The notes beneath the pieces are model-generated. The model was not told the DNA's origin, did no database searches, and saw nothing but the letters and a program-made list of their open reading frames with translations. Positions 42,364 through 52,022 of a stretch of 64,000 nt of DNA are shown in pieces (position 1 is the stretch's first letter; the number at the start of each line of letters is the position of its first letter). Made by a program: the position numbers and the translations under genes. The DNA lies in the IMG/VR virus record IMGVR_UViG_3300046653_000093, positions 124,001 to 188,000 of that record; one strand, 5' to 3'.

Positions 42364-43176
42364 TTAAAGAATATCTTTGACAATATCAAATTTACGCCTC
42401 AAATACCTATCGGAATCTATAATATCTGAATACAGCCAATTAGCAATCTGTCTGCATATGTTGTTTCCATTATATTGTAAAAGTGAAGTTCTCCATCCGT
42501 TCAAAGACTTTTCTAAACATCTATCTGGTAAGCCTCCATACTCAACAAAGCAAGAATTCATTCCCCTTAAAAAATCTTCAGTACCTCTTGTAGAAAATAC
42601 CATCTGCCCTTTGTGATTTGGTCTGGATTTAGCTTTGTGAATTGCCCAACATCCATCTCCGTCAAAATAACCACGACAAAAAGCAGATAACATATCTTGT
42701 TGTATATTTGGAAATTTTAGAATCTTTGTTTTCCTTGGTAAAATGCCAAACCTCTGTAAATCAACAACCATTTTTGGAGAACAAAAAGCAAATGAATAGC
42801 ATACGGAATTTTCAGACTCAACACGTGTTAATTTGTGTTCTGATCCAAGGTCTTTTTTAAATAACCTTAAATGATCAATATCCTTTTCGGCTAATGCAAG
42901 CCTAACTTGATTCTTGAAAACACACCCATCAGCAGCAATAAAACCAGCCCAATAACAAGATTTTAAAGTGTCATTTGAAAAGAAATCATGATTTACTGGC
43001 AGATTACCATGATTATTGGACTTATAAACAATACCAAAACGCCTCATCATTGAGGATACAACGGCGTGTGAGGTATTATATTTTTCAGCTACTAACCTAA
43101 GAGAGCCTAATAATTCATAATCATTCAACAAAGATATTTTGGTTATTTCTTGAGAATTTTCAAATCTAGCATTCAT
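42364..43176 (-). mobile_element. Free-standing double-motif LAGLIDADG homing endonuclease
   Basis: YWAGFIAADG and FCRGYFDGDG motifs; N-terminal HTH-like SLRLVAEKYNTS; C-terminal YLRRK. Confidence 0.9.
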
Positions 43177-43190
43177 AAAATAATACTGAA

Positions 43191-45284
43191 CTATTCCATG
43201 TTTGATAGTATTATTGTGTGCGAATGATTTAAAACGGTACCCACAATACCCGCCGAGATCGGGTGGTTGTGCCCACGATCTATACTTGTCATTTGATTTA
43301 TTTGGGAAATATGCCTAATCTTCTCATTAATGGTGATTCTATGCATATGGGCGGGTATGCCTCCAGGGCCCATTACCATTCCAATGGAAGTAAGAATCTC
43401 AGATGGAAGAGTACTAGTGTCACGAATTGAACGAACTTGATAAATAGGATCTGTCTTACGTACACGTACTGCGGTGAACTTCTGAGCACCTGACTCAAAA
43501 AGCATAGTCCTATTTCTATCTACATCGATGATTTCATAACGCCATTCTTCAGTTCCATCTTGATTGAATCTGATTATAAAATCCCCATCCTTGACTGTTG
43601 GTGTCACCAACGTCCAACAATTAGCAATATAGGTATTCTCAATACCTGCGTCTTCACGTTTGAAATCTTCCTTGGTTGGTCCAAAGCGAACCAAAATCTT
43701 GCCGTCACTTTCACGTGGATTGAAATATTGTTCATATCCAGTTACCAAAGAAGTTCCATAAGTATCTATTCCGCGATACGTTGTATTTTCGCGTGTAGAG
43801 CTGGTATGCCGCGATTGCTTTCCTGACCATTGACGTCGAAACAAAACTACCCGCTCTCCAGTGACCTGAAGTAGATACTCCTCTCTCATATCCATGTGTT
43901 CTTGAACGCTCAACCCGCGTACGGACCCATCACATTCCGATCCATCGGCATACTCTCCACCAAAATAGGTTCCTACGCACTTTCCTGATAACCAATCTGG
44001 CAAGAATGTACGATCCCAACCCGCTTGATCGTAGATTGGAAATCCGGCATTTGCAACATCTACAACATTGAGGTTGCCAGTTCCTGATAAGATATCTGTA
44101 CGTTCCCGGAACCCATCTTTATTGGTTCTAGCATACTGCTCATCAAATCTGATGGTAACCATACCAATGGCCACATTAAGATCCTGCCAACCTTCCCAAA
44201 GGCGCACAAATGGATTGTCGTGATGATGTCGGTATCCGTCATATCCATCGATAGTATGCGGACGAGCACCGCTAGGGCCTCCATTAACCACATACCCATC
44301 AACATCCACTAGAAAGTAGTCCCCACGTTTGAATGGAATCGTTCCATTATTAATGGCAAAACTCAAAATACCATTAGAAACAATAACTCCATCAGGATTC
44401 CATATTACAGGATCTCCGTAGCCATCTAAAGCAGAGCCTGTTAGAGATCCAATCGCCCCAAACTTAGCATAGCCATCATTTTCAGAACCATCTAGCGAAC
44501 AGAAAATCTTCCAATCTTGAATTATAGATTTTCCATCTATCAATTCCAAATTTGAAATATAGCCATTACCAACATTATTTCCAACACTATAACCATCTAT
44601 ATAAGATAGACTACTCAAAATATCATCTGATAAATAACCACGTTGTAATCCAGATAGATTTGGGAAAATCAAATATTCTGGACAATGACAATGATGCTCA
44701 CGACGTTCTGAGCAATGGCAATGATGTCCCTTATCGCAATGGTGCTCTTCTGAGCAATTGCATTTTGGCCTTAATGTTCCAACATCAACATGAGAATAGA
44801 ATATTAGTTCGTGTCCAATTTTGACAACTCCAATTGGCGGGAACCCGGCAACATCATTCAAATACATGATGTCATCGGTAGCTGTCATATTCTGAACCAA
44901 AACAGCTTCTGGGGCTATTTTAGATCCTGGATCGCCATCTAAGAGCTGATCGTATAGAAGCGTTCCGGATGCATATGCAGATCCCTTTACAGCAAAATAA
45001 TAGGTTCTTCCAGGGCTAAATGCATCAAAAATATTAAGGGACAGAAACTGATCTTTGGTATTCGGCCTAACTATTAGCTTTACGCCCTCATCATAAATCT
45101 TAGTCTGATTTGTAGACCAATATATGTTGTAAAAAAGATCCCAATTACCAGGCTGCTTTTGCTGAATGTATTCCTTGTACCATTGAAGCGCAACAGTATA
45201 CCCATCCCCACCACATACCACTGTACGAACGCCATGGAGTGATGCGTCAAATGTACGCAGAAATACTGGAGGGTTGCATGCCAT
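43191..45284 (-). CDS. Neck/head-closure-like protein with FN3-like N-terminus, His/Cys insert and sheath-like domain
   Basis: VALQW...YNIYWS...PGRTYYFAVK (FN3-like); C-terminal GERVVLFRR...YGT...GY...WTL.TPTVKDGDFII...RYEI (stopper-like); HxH repeats at the C-terminus. Confidence 0.55.
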   Translation of the reverse strand: MACNPPVFLRTFDASLHGVRTVVCGGDGYTVALQWYKEYIQQKQPGNWDLFYNIYWSTNQTKIYDEGVKLIVRPNTKDQFLSLNIFDAFSPGRTYYFAVKGSAYASGTLLYDQLLDGDPGSKIAPEAVLVQNMTATDDIMYLNDVAGFPPIGVVKIGHELIFYSHVDVGTLRPKCNCSEEHHCDKGHHCHCSERREHHCHCPEYLIFPNLSGLQRGYLSDDILSSLSYIDGYSVGNNVGNGYISNLELIDGKSIIQDWKIFCSLDGSENDGYAKFGAIGSLTGSALDGYGDPVIWNPDGVIVSNGILSFAINNGTIPFKRGDYFLVDVDGYVVNGGPSGARPHTIDGYDGYRHHHDNPFVRLWEGWQDLNVAIGMVTIRFDEQYARTNKDGFRERTDILSGTGNLNVVDVANAGFPIYDQAGWDRTFLPDWLSGKCVGTYFGGEYADGSECDGSVRGLSVQEHMDMREEYLLQVTGERVVLFRRQWSGKQSRHTSSTRENTTYRGIDTYGTSLVTGYEQYFNPRESDGKILVRFGPTKEDFKREDAGIENTYIANCWTLVTPTVKDGDFIIRFNQDGTEEWRYEIIDVDRNRTMLFESGAQKFTAVRVRKTDPIYQVRSIRDTSTLPSEILTSIGMVMGPGGIPAHMHRITINEKIRHISQINQMTSIDRGHNHPISAGIVGTVLNHSHTIILSNME

Positions 45285-45298
45285 AATTACATGCTGGA

Positions 45299-45886
45299 TT
45301 ATCCTACAACATTAATATCAACGTTGAATAGGCTCGCTAATTCCAGCAGTTTTTCACGTCTCTCATCTCTTTTTTTATCATCATCTTTATCACGTGTATG
45401 ATGATCGAGCACCTGATCTACGTACTCCTCTGCCTCATCATCGCTTTTGGTATCAGAAATGTACTTAGTCTGATTGCGAAATCCTTCTTGTTCGGTAGGA
45501 TTATCAAGATAATTATCGTCAGTTGAACCAGGAGTTGCCTTGCTACCAGTAGTTTGCTGGCAAACATGAGTCATCTCATGCGGAAGATAATGATCATTTT
45601 CCTTCATCTTTTCATCGATATGAAGCCTTTCATGTGCAAGGTAATTATCATCATCTCCGCCGGTAAACAGGTCAACGTTCAAATAGATGACACCATGATC
45701 TGTACGCGCCGAAACTGGAATTTTGGCAACACAAATTGGCCACAAATCAAGCTCTTCTCTCTTGATATCATACTCCTTAAGCATGTCTTTGACTACATCG
45801 CTGTCAAAAACTCGCTTCTTGAGCTTATCAATAACAGGGGCCAGCTTCTTGTGTGGAAGGCCTTTGGTTACAATCTCTTCCGGCAT
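45299..45886 (-). CDS. HExxH metallopeptidase-like protein
   Basis: HEMTHVCQQ followed by YLDNPTEQEG; start probably at MPEEIV (45886) rather than 45946. Confidence 0.55.
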   Translation of the reverse strand: MPEEIVTKGLPHKKLAPVIDKLKKRVFDSDVVKDMLKEYDIKREELDLWPICVAKIPVSARTDHGVIYLNVDLFTGGDDDNYLAHERLHIDEKMKENDHYLPHEMTHVCQQTTGSKATPGSTDDNYLDNPTEQEGFRNQTKYISDTKSDDEAEEYVDQVLDHHTRDKDDDKKRDERREKLLELASLFNVDINVVG

Positions 45887-45911
45887 AATAAAGTGCGGGA
45901 ATATGCAGGGA

Positions 45912-46343
45912 TTATTCCTGGATGAAATCCTCGTAGAAACTATCACTCTGCTTCAGATTACTTACCTGGGAATCCCAATTGTTCCATAATTCACGGGCAA
46001 GATTGGTAAAGTCATAAAAGTTTAAAACTCCAGGATTATAGCTAATGCCATTATCAGATATAGCTGGCCCTGGAATTTTGCTAGCTACCTCAGATGCTTT
46101 CTTGGCCAGCAACACATAAGCCGCATAAGTTACCAAGATGTCTGAAAGTTGGGCTACATTCTCCTCGTCTTCATCAAAAGAAAAATATGTTATAGCTGGT
46201 ACCATATTGAACGCGCTCAGCGCTAATTGAAGAGCCAACCTAACATCATTGGTGTTGGTTTCATCACTATCAAGCCCAATACGAAATTTAACTACCTCTA
46301 CAAGATTATCTAAAACTGACATGCGAACCTCCAATGGGTTCAT
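45912..46343 (-). CDS. Head-tail-adaptor-like paralog
   Basis: Aligns by eye with the C-half of the 303-aa protein (ALSAFNMVPAITYFSFD / SLTMFNEIPHFTLFTWD; ISDNGISY / INDNGIGF). Confidence 0.55.
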   Translation of the reverse strand: MNPLEVRMSVLDNLVEVVKFRIGLDSDETNTNDVRLALQLALSAFNMVPAITYFSFDEDEENVAQLSDILVTYAAYVLLAKKASEVASKIPGPAISDNGISYNPGVLNFYDFTNLARELWNNWDSQVSNLKQSDSFYEDFIQE

Positions 46344-46346
46344 ATA

Positions 46347-46634
46347 TCAGCCTGGCGGCGGAGGTGGAGGCGGAGGTACATCTAGAGCATTTACAATTGG
46401 CATTAGCTTTGCCGGCAAGGTTCCCTTAAGTAATAAGGTTGTGCCTTGCAGTATCAACCATGGATCTCCTGGTAGAGCGCCACGAATTACCTTGAGAAAC
46501 CCTCCCAGTTTAGGATGCTTAAGAACCCAAGTATCCAGTTGACTTCGATGTCCTAATAGTAGATTGCAAATATACAGTGAAATGATCGCAATCCAAACAT
46601 AATGAACTGTAATAAATGTAATTATCTGCTGCAT
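46347..46634 (-). CDS. Small membrane protein with a poly-Pro tail
   Basis: Hydrophobic IITFITVHYVWIAIISLYICNLLL; ends in PPPPPPPG; start likely MQQII. Confidence 0.55.
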   Translation of the reverse strand: MQQIITFITVHYVWIAIISLYICNLLLGHRSQLDTWVLKHPKLGGFLKVIRGALPGDPWLILQGTTLLLKGTLPAKLMPIVNALDVPPPPPPPPG

Positions 46635-46654
46635 ATAAATATGCACTGATATTA

Positions 46655-47566
46655 TTAGAATATTTGACGTTCGCGGAGATGGCGTAAACGGCGCACTTGA
46701 GGACTTGCACCACCAACGAATGATAGGGTTCCAAGACCGAGGGGTGAGGGTTTCATGTTGTGCTTAATCAACTTACATTTTTCGTACCAAGCATCCATTT
46801 CACTTTTGTACTGAGTATTCAAAAGCTCTGCCTGTTGTGGTGGTGTAAATCCAATACCATTATCATTGATAGTGAACTCTCTACCACGCTCAATCAGAGC
46901 CTGGGCACCTAAAGCCAAATACAACGATCCTTGAACCAAAATGTCATGGAATTGCTCAATAATTGGAGTATCATCCCAAGTGAATAGGGTAAAATGAGGT
47001 ATCTCGTTGAACATGGTAAGAGATTCGCAGATAAAGGCTACCAATTCATCAACTGTAAATACATCGCAATCCTTGTAAATTGGATTGCCATGCTCATCCA
47101 TTCTACGCGCCTTGCCACGAGCCTTGAGCCTTGCCCTTAGTGATTTCACTACATTGTTGATGTTACAGATGGCAATTTGACTAAAATTAAAGCCTGGGTC
47201 ATCTCCTAGTTTATGTAACCCATCAGTATTGAGTCCTGGAAGCTGGGAGTTGAATGTAGTGAATGTATATTCACCAAGTATATTATATTCCTGATAGAGG
47301 CCACTCCAAGCATCTCTCCAAGTTCCAACTGGGGGATAAAGACCAACACAGTAATTGAATTGATATGTACCTACACCAATTCTCATGACGCCAGAACTGG
47401 TTGGACCAACAGCAACGCCACCACTAGGCTGAATAACCGTGACAGTTGGAAAGCTGTCCAAGTCAACAGGAGATCCATCAATAGCGAATTTAGCCGCAAG
47501 AGCTACAATGTCATTTGGTTGTATAATCTCTGAGCGAGGAAGAGTGGCCATACTTCTATGCGCCAT
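46655..47566 (-). CDS. Head-tail adaptor/neck-like protein with an N-terminal Ig-like domain
   Basis: N-terminal beta-rich domain (MRIGVGTYQF...GTWRDAW); helical C-half with FTVDELVAFI and NDNG motif; position in the head-neck module. Confidence 0.55.
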   Translation of the reverse strand: MAHRSMATLPRSEIIQPNDIVALAAKFAIDGSPVDLDSFPTVTVIQPSGGVAVGPTSSGVMRIGVGTYQFNYCVGLYPPVGTWRDAWSGLYQEYNILGEYTFTTFNSQLPGLNTDGLHKLGDDPGFNFSQIAICNINNVVKSLRARLKARGKARRMDEHGNPIYKDCDVFTVDELVAFICESLTMFNEIPHFTLFTWDDTPIIEQFHDILVQGSLYLALGAQALIERGREFTINDNGIGFTPPQQAELLNTQYKSEMDAWYEKCKLIKHNMKPSPLGLGTLSFVGGASPQVRRLRHLRERQIF

Positions 47567-47587
47567 TAAGCGAAGAACTTTGCGTCT

Positions 47588-50500
47588 TCAATACAGCGAG
47601 CTAAGTCCAGTATATAGTTCGGTTGCTTCGCCAAGCACATCAGCTTGTGTTGGAGTTTTAATCATCAATCGTCGTACAGACATATCTCCAGTTGATTGGC
47701 CACCAAAATGTCCAGCATTTATATATAAACGATCTACGCCAATTAAAGTACCTCCGAAATCATTCACTATAGATGTTCCTGATGGATCAATTTTCCAACA
47801 ATGAGTGCCATCAGCAGCATAAACAGCATATTGTAGGGTAGTGTCTGCTACAATTGTATTTCCTATAACAGTTTCAACGCTGCCTCCTTGGCCATAACGG
47901 ATAGCTAATAGAGTAGTACCGCTTTGCGCCAACGTAAAGCTCTGAGCAATACCAGAATCAATCTGGCCTAAATAAATTGTATTCCCAGCTTCTGTAACAC
48001 CAGTCCACCACATAATACCAATTATAAATGGTGGTGTACTGCTTCCGCCATATACTCCCCAATGATAGCCATCAATCAAACTAAGAATCTTACCAGGAGC
48101 CATTGTAGCTATGCGTCGGCCTCCAACAGGATCTGTTGTCATTTGAGGTGTGCTAGTAGCAGTAAGCACCGCAGTGCCCTCACGACTTGCCCATGATGTA
48201 ATCGTGGTACCAGTCAATGATACCCCATGTTCCATATCCCAATAACCACCAGTACTCCACGTTCCACGTTGTGGCAGATCCGGTTCAATGATAGCAAGTC
48301 GTGCTGATTGTTGATGCCTGACACGCCAAGCCTCTCGACCAATTTCAACACATTGAGGTGCTGAATAATGTATCTGCCACAGCGTGCGATCTCCACCATC
48401 CAATCGCGTTAGATATGTACCAGGAACTGTTGCGGCAACCTGATCTTGTGCTGCGCGTACTGCATCAGAACTCATGTATGTCACAGTTGGTGTTGTGGTA
48501 TTCGGGCCTAACCATTCATTCAGACGATGAATTCCGAATTGAATATTCGCACCATATAATCCACGAATCCACGAAATAAGGGCAGTCAAATCTGCGGCAT
48601 AGGTAGCGGCAAGTGTACCAATTGTATTTGCCTCTGCTTCTCCCTGGATCCATAGAGCGTCCGTGAACTCATATAGACTAGTACCAAGTGCAGCGAGTGC
48701 ACCGGCCACAGTAGCCGGCAAATATACATAATCTGCACCGCTTGGCAACCAAGAAGTAATGGGTGTGCCGCCATGCCCACAATTAATTACAATAGCAGGA
48801 ATATTATTTTTAACTGCCTCTGCCTGCCAACCTGTTCGTATGCCGGAGCCACTAGGGCCTGAAATTGGATCTGTATCCCATCCAGTCGTTGTAAGATATC
48901 CGCCATTGTCTCCTAGATAAAATGCATATCCAGGACGAGCTAGTATACCATTACCAACTAGTGTATTAGCGCCTGCCTTGATTGATACCGCGTTACTCTG
49001 ACCAAAAACCAATGTAATTGGCCATTGTGTAGGTAAGTAAGCCATTGCACGCAACTCAGTACATGATACAGTTAATTGTGGAACTGTCCACGCTGATCCG
49101 AAATGCTCTGCCAAATTTTCAACAACTGATCTTGCATTACCACCAAACAGCGTTCTGCTCGTGAAAGTTGCCGTAGTTGATGTGGCCATCACTCCACCAG
49201 CCGCCAAAGTTCCATCAATATATAAGGAGACTGAACTTGGGCCCGCAACAAGCTGCAGACATACCGGGACTGGTGCAACTGGTTGGGTTGTTAATTGAGT
49301 GACAGTGGCTCCGGCATCATTGGTTCGAGTGATAGACCAGACTCCAGTTGGATCGACACTCACTGCAAGACGGCTTGTCGTGCCATTGAGTGAGTATACC
49401 TGTCGCGCAGTACTAGTTGGGCTATGCTCTCGAACCCAAATACACATTTCGATTGTAGCTAATGTACAAGATGGTATTGAGTAGGTTAGAGCACATGAAT
49501 TACCATATCCTTCAACAAGTGCCGAATGACCAAACCAAATATCAGGTGAGAGTACAGGGCAGTAGCCATCAGTCCCCTGGGCCAGGATTAAATCAGTACT
49601 ACCACGAGCAGGAGTAATATAGGATACTTTATCTTGTTGTAAATGCACATTAGATACTGTAATTACTGGGCCAGTTAGAGGAAATCTAGATGCGCCTCTG
49701 GTGCCTATATCACACAACTGCCCTTCAGCAACATTAACTGGAATAAGATTCGTTTCATAAATAACGTCAATCCATCCATCAGTTCTCGCACTAAAGCTGT
49801 ATCCATTATGATATCCAGATGGAGTTGTTAATTCATAAATTGTATAAGAAGTATCGCTACTTGGATATCTTAAACTTTGCAATGAAGGCAATTCAATAAA
49901 TTGTGTAGATGAAAATTCAAAAAATAGATGTTTTGCGTCGTATTCAGCTCCCGGTAAATACGAGAATGTAGCCCGTATCCAGCCAACGCTAGCTAGATTT
50001 CCCGGAGCAAGTCTAGCAAGACGACTACTGGTACCTGATTCAGTCAATGCAGATGCACGCGGAATTCCATCTTTATCAAATAAACTATTGACCGCAGTAA
50101 GCCCAGTCAATGTCCACGTGCCAGCAACTGGATTATTTCCAGACAGCGGCTTAATCTGAACCGTCTGCGTCTGAGAAAAATCAAAGAGCGTTGATGTGTA
50201 CTCAGCTAGAGTGGCAATGGGCGGTGGGCCTTGCCATTCTGCCTCTGTTGCACTTATAGCAGTCAAAACTTGCCCAGGAGTTGGTGCCGCTGAGGCAGAT
50301 ATAGAAACTACCGTAGTAGCAGTCTGTAATCCAGTAGCGTATTGAGCCACACCAATTGGTGTATGTACATGAGACGCATTAGTATTATCCTGTAGATATA
50401 GAGTTACAACGGTTGTGCCGCTTCCGCCAATTTTTATAGCTTTATATTTGATTACCAATCTATCTGTTGATGTTACAGGGAACATTCCTTCGAACGGATT

Positions 50501-51091
50501 TGAATTATATAAAGTAGACGTATTACCAGTAATAATTGGTGTTGTTGTAGAAAATAAATAAGTATCGATATTACTAAGGTTACGAGAATATCCATCAATT
50601 TCTACAACTACATATCCATCATTATTATCGACGCTTATAAAAGTATCAAATGCCCATTCTCCCTGTTGCACAAAAGGCTCTCCAATTGGTACTTCTGAAA
50701 CGAACGTACCAAGGACTACCGTTTGTCCAGAAGATATTGGTGACTTTAGAGTAATTTCAGAGCCAGGAGTATATTGACTAGTTGGAGTTAGCTGATAACC
50801 ATCAGGCAACGCATACCCATCAAGATAGAATACCTCTCCTGCTGCAATGCTTGGAACTGGTGTCTGCCATTGAGCAGATGTGCCATTTATAGCCGTTACA
50901 ACTTGTCCAACGGTTGGCGCTGTCGCTGAAGAAACCGAAACTACGGTAGATGATGTTCTGATTCCGGAGGAAATCCGATCATTTGAAAGGCGAGAGTCGT
51001 TTTGTGAAACATAACCATCCGACATACTATCAAGTTTGGCGCTATCTTCAACGGTCATGAATCCAAAATCATCAGTGAATTTCTTTAACAT
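47588..51091 (-). CDS. Fiber protein with LamG-like and SGNH/SASA carbohydrate esterase domains
   Basis: GQSN, GGTPITSW, WIQGEAE, VRAAQDQVA, IHYS (DUF303/SASA pattern); duplicated TVVSVSSATAPTVGQVVTA...WQ repeat; SLYIDG. Confidence 0.7.
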   Translation of the reverse strand: MLKKFTDDFGFMTVEDSAKLDSMSDGYVSQNDSRLSNDRISSGIRTSSTVVSVSSATAPTVGQVVTAINGTSAQWQTPVPSIAAGEVFYLDGYALPDGYQLTPTSQYTPGSEITLKSPISSGQTVVLGTFVSEVPIGEPFVQQGEWAFDTFISVDNNDGYVVVEIDGYSRNLSNIDTYLFSTTTPIITGNTSTLYNSNPFEGMFPVTSTDRLVIKYKAIKIGGSGTTVVTLYLQDNTNASHVHTPIGVAQYATGLQTATTVVSISASAAPTPGQVLTAISATEAEWQGPPPIATLAEYTSTLFDFSQTQTVQIKPLSGNNPVAGTWTLTGLTAVNSLFDKDGIPRASALTESGTSSRLARLAPGNLASVGWIRATFSYLPGAEYDAKHLFFEFSSTQFIELPSLQSLRYPSSDTSYTIYELTTPSGYHNGYSFSARTDGWIDVIYETNLIPVNVAEGQLCDIGTRGASRFPLTGPVITVSNVHLQQDKVSYITPARGSTDLILAQGTDGYCPVLSPDIWFGHSALVEGYGNSCALTYSIPSCTLATIEMCIWVREHSPTSTARQVYSLNGTTSRLAVSVDPTGVWSITRTNDAGATVTQLTTQPVAPVPVCLQLVAGPSSVSLYIDGTLAAGGVMATSTTATFTSRTLFGGNARSVVENLAEHFGSAWTVPQLTVSCTELRAMAYLPTQWPITLVFGQSNAVSIKAGANTLVGNGILARPGYAFYLGDNGGYLTTTGWDTDPISGPSGSGIRTGWQAEAVKNNIPAIVINCGHGGTPITSWLPSGADYVYLPATVAGALAALGTSLYEFTDALWIQGEAEANTIGTLAATYAADLTALISWIRGLYGANIQFGIHRLNEWLGPNTTTPTVTYMSSDAVRAAQDQVAATVPGTYLTRLDGGDRTLWQIHYSAPQCVEIGREAWRVRHQQSARLAIIEPDLPQRGTWSTGGYWDMEHGVSLTGTTITSWASREGTAVLTATSTPQMTTDPVGGRRIATMAPGKILSLIDGYHWGVYGGSSTPPFIIGIMWWTGVTEAGNTIYLGQIDSGIAQSFTLAQSGTTLLAIRYGQGGSVETVIGNTIVADTTLQYAVYAADGTHCWKIDPSGTSIVNDFGGTLIGVDRLYINAGHFGGQSTGDMSVRRLMIKTPTQADVLGEATELYTGLSSLY

Positions 51092-51102
51092 GTTTATCCT
51101 AT

Positions 51103-52008
51103 TTAGACGGGACTAACCGAAGTAACACCAAATGGCCTTGATGCATTGATTGCATATGTTTCCCATTTGAATTTATATTCATTAAATGAGCTTTGTCCGC
51201 TGTTCCATGTCCAAGCAATAATAGATTCATCGTATGAACTTGTACTCGCAAAAGCAAATTGTGTTGTTGTCTGAGATCCAGGGACAATGGTTATTTCACC
51301 AATAGAACCAATAGAGGTCTCTCGGCTAAATGTGATTACAGCATCCTCTGGTAACCCTCCGGGAGGAGTTACTAACACGTAACCGTCAACCAGCGTGGCA
51401 TATCCAAAACCAACATCACTGCGTACTTCAACATCCTTTTCTGTCCAAGAAACAGAAGCTATGTATGTTCCAATCGCTGGGACACCATTAGGTATACACA
51501 GCCCATGTATATATAATCCTGTGCCTATTCGAGTCATTAGCCTTGGATAATGAACGGCCTTTGAAAGGTCTGGAAATATTACTTGCTGAACAACTGGAAC
51601 ATAATATCCATCATTTGGCCCACGATGATTAACGTGAAAACAATCGTGATGATGACGGCGATGATGGTCATGACAATGATAACCATCAAAACAACTATCA
51701 TGATCAAAATGATTATGATAGTTGTGGTTATTCCACCATCTGTGCCATTCGTGACGATCTGTGGTGTGTCTTACACATGCCGTCCATAAATGATGGTGAT
51801 GATGATGGTTAGAATATCCATCATATCCATCTGGATAGTATCCATCCGGTGGATCTGAATAATATCCGTCTGGCAGAAGATAGCCATAGCCATCTAGCCA
51901 ATTTCCATAGCCGTCCAAATCAGCAGGGTATCCGTTACTATCTAGCACTTGAACTATCAAACGAACCGTCTGTCCAGTATTAGCAAATATGTAATTTACA
52001 GAACCCAT
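51103..52008 (-). CDS. Ig-like virion protein with an inserted DGY array and His-rich segment
   Basis: Flanks resemble the N-domain of the 303-aa protein; 9 DGY; HHHHHH...HCHDHHRRHHHDC. Confidence 0.6.
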   Translation of the reverse strand: MGSVNYIFANTGQTVRLIVQVLDSNGYPADLDGYGNWLDGYGYLLPDGYYSDPPDGYYPDGYDGYSNHHHHHHLWTACVRHTTDRHEWHRWWNNHNYHNHFDHDSCFDGYHCHDHHRRHHHDCFHVNHRGPNDGYYVPVVQQVIFPDLSKAVHYPRLMTRIGTGLYIHGLCIPNGVPAIGTYIASVSWTEKDVEVRSDVGFGYATLVDGYVLVTPPGGLPEDAVITFSRETSIGSIGEITIVPGSQTTTQFAFASTSSYDESIIAWTWNSGQSSFNEYKFKWETYAINASRPFGVTSVSPV

Positions 52009-52022
52009 GCCTATATGCCCGG

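Noticed and set aside
42340-43190. Group I intron or intein hosting the LAGLIDADG
   Set aside because: Flanking genes appear complete, the spacers are only about 15-25 bp, and the ORF has its own start and stop with no intein termini.
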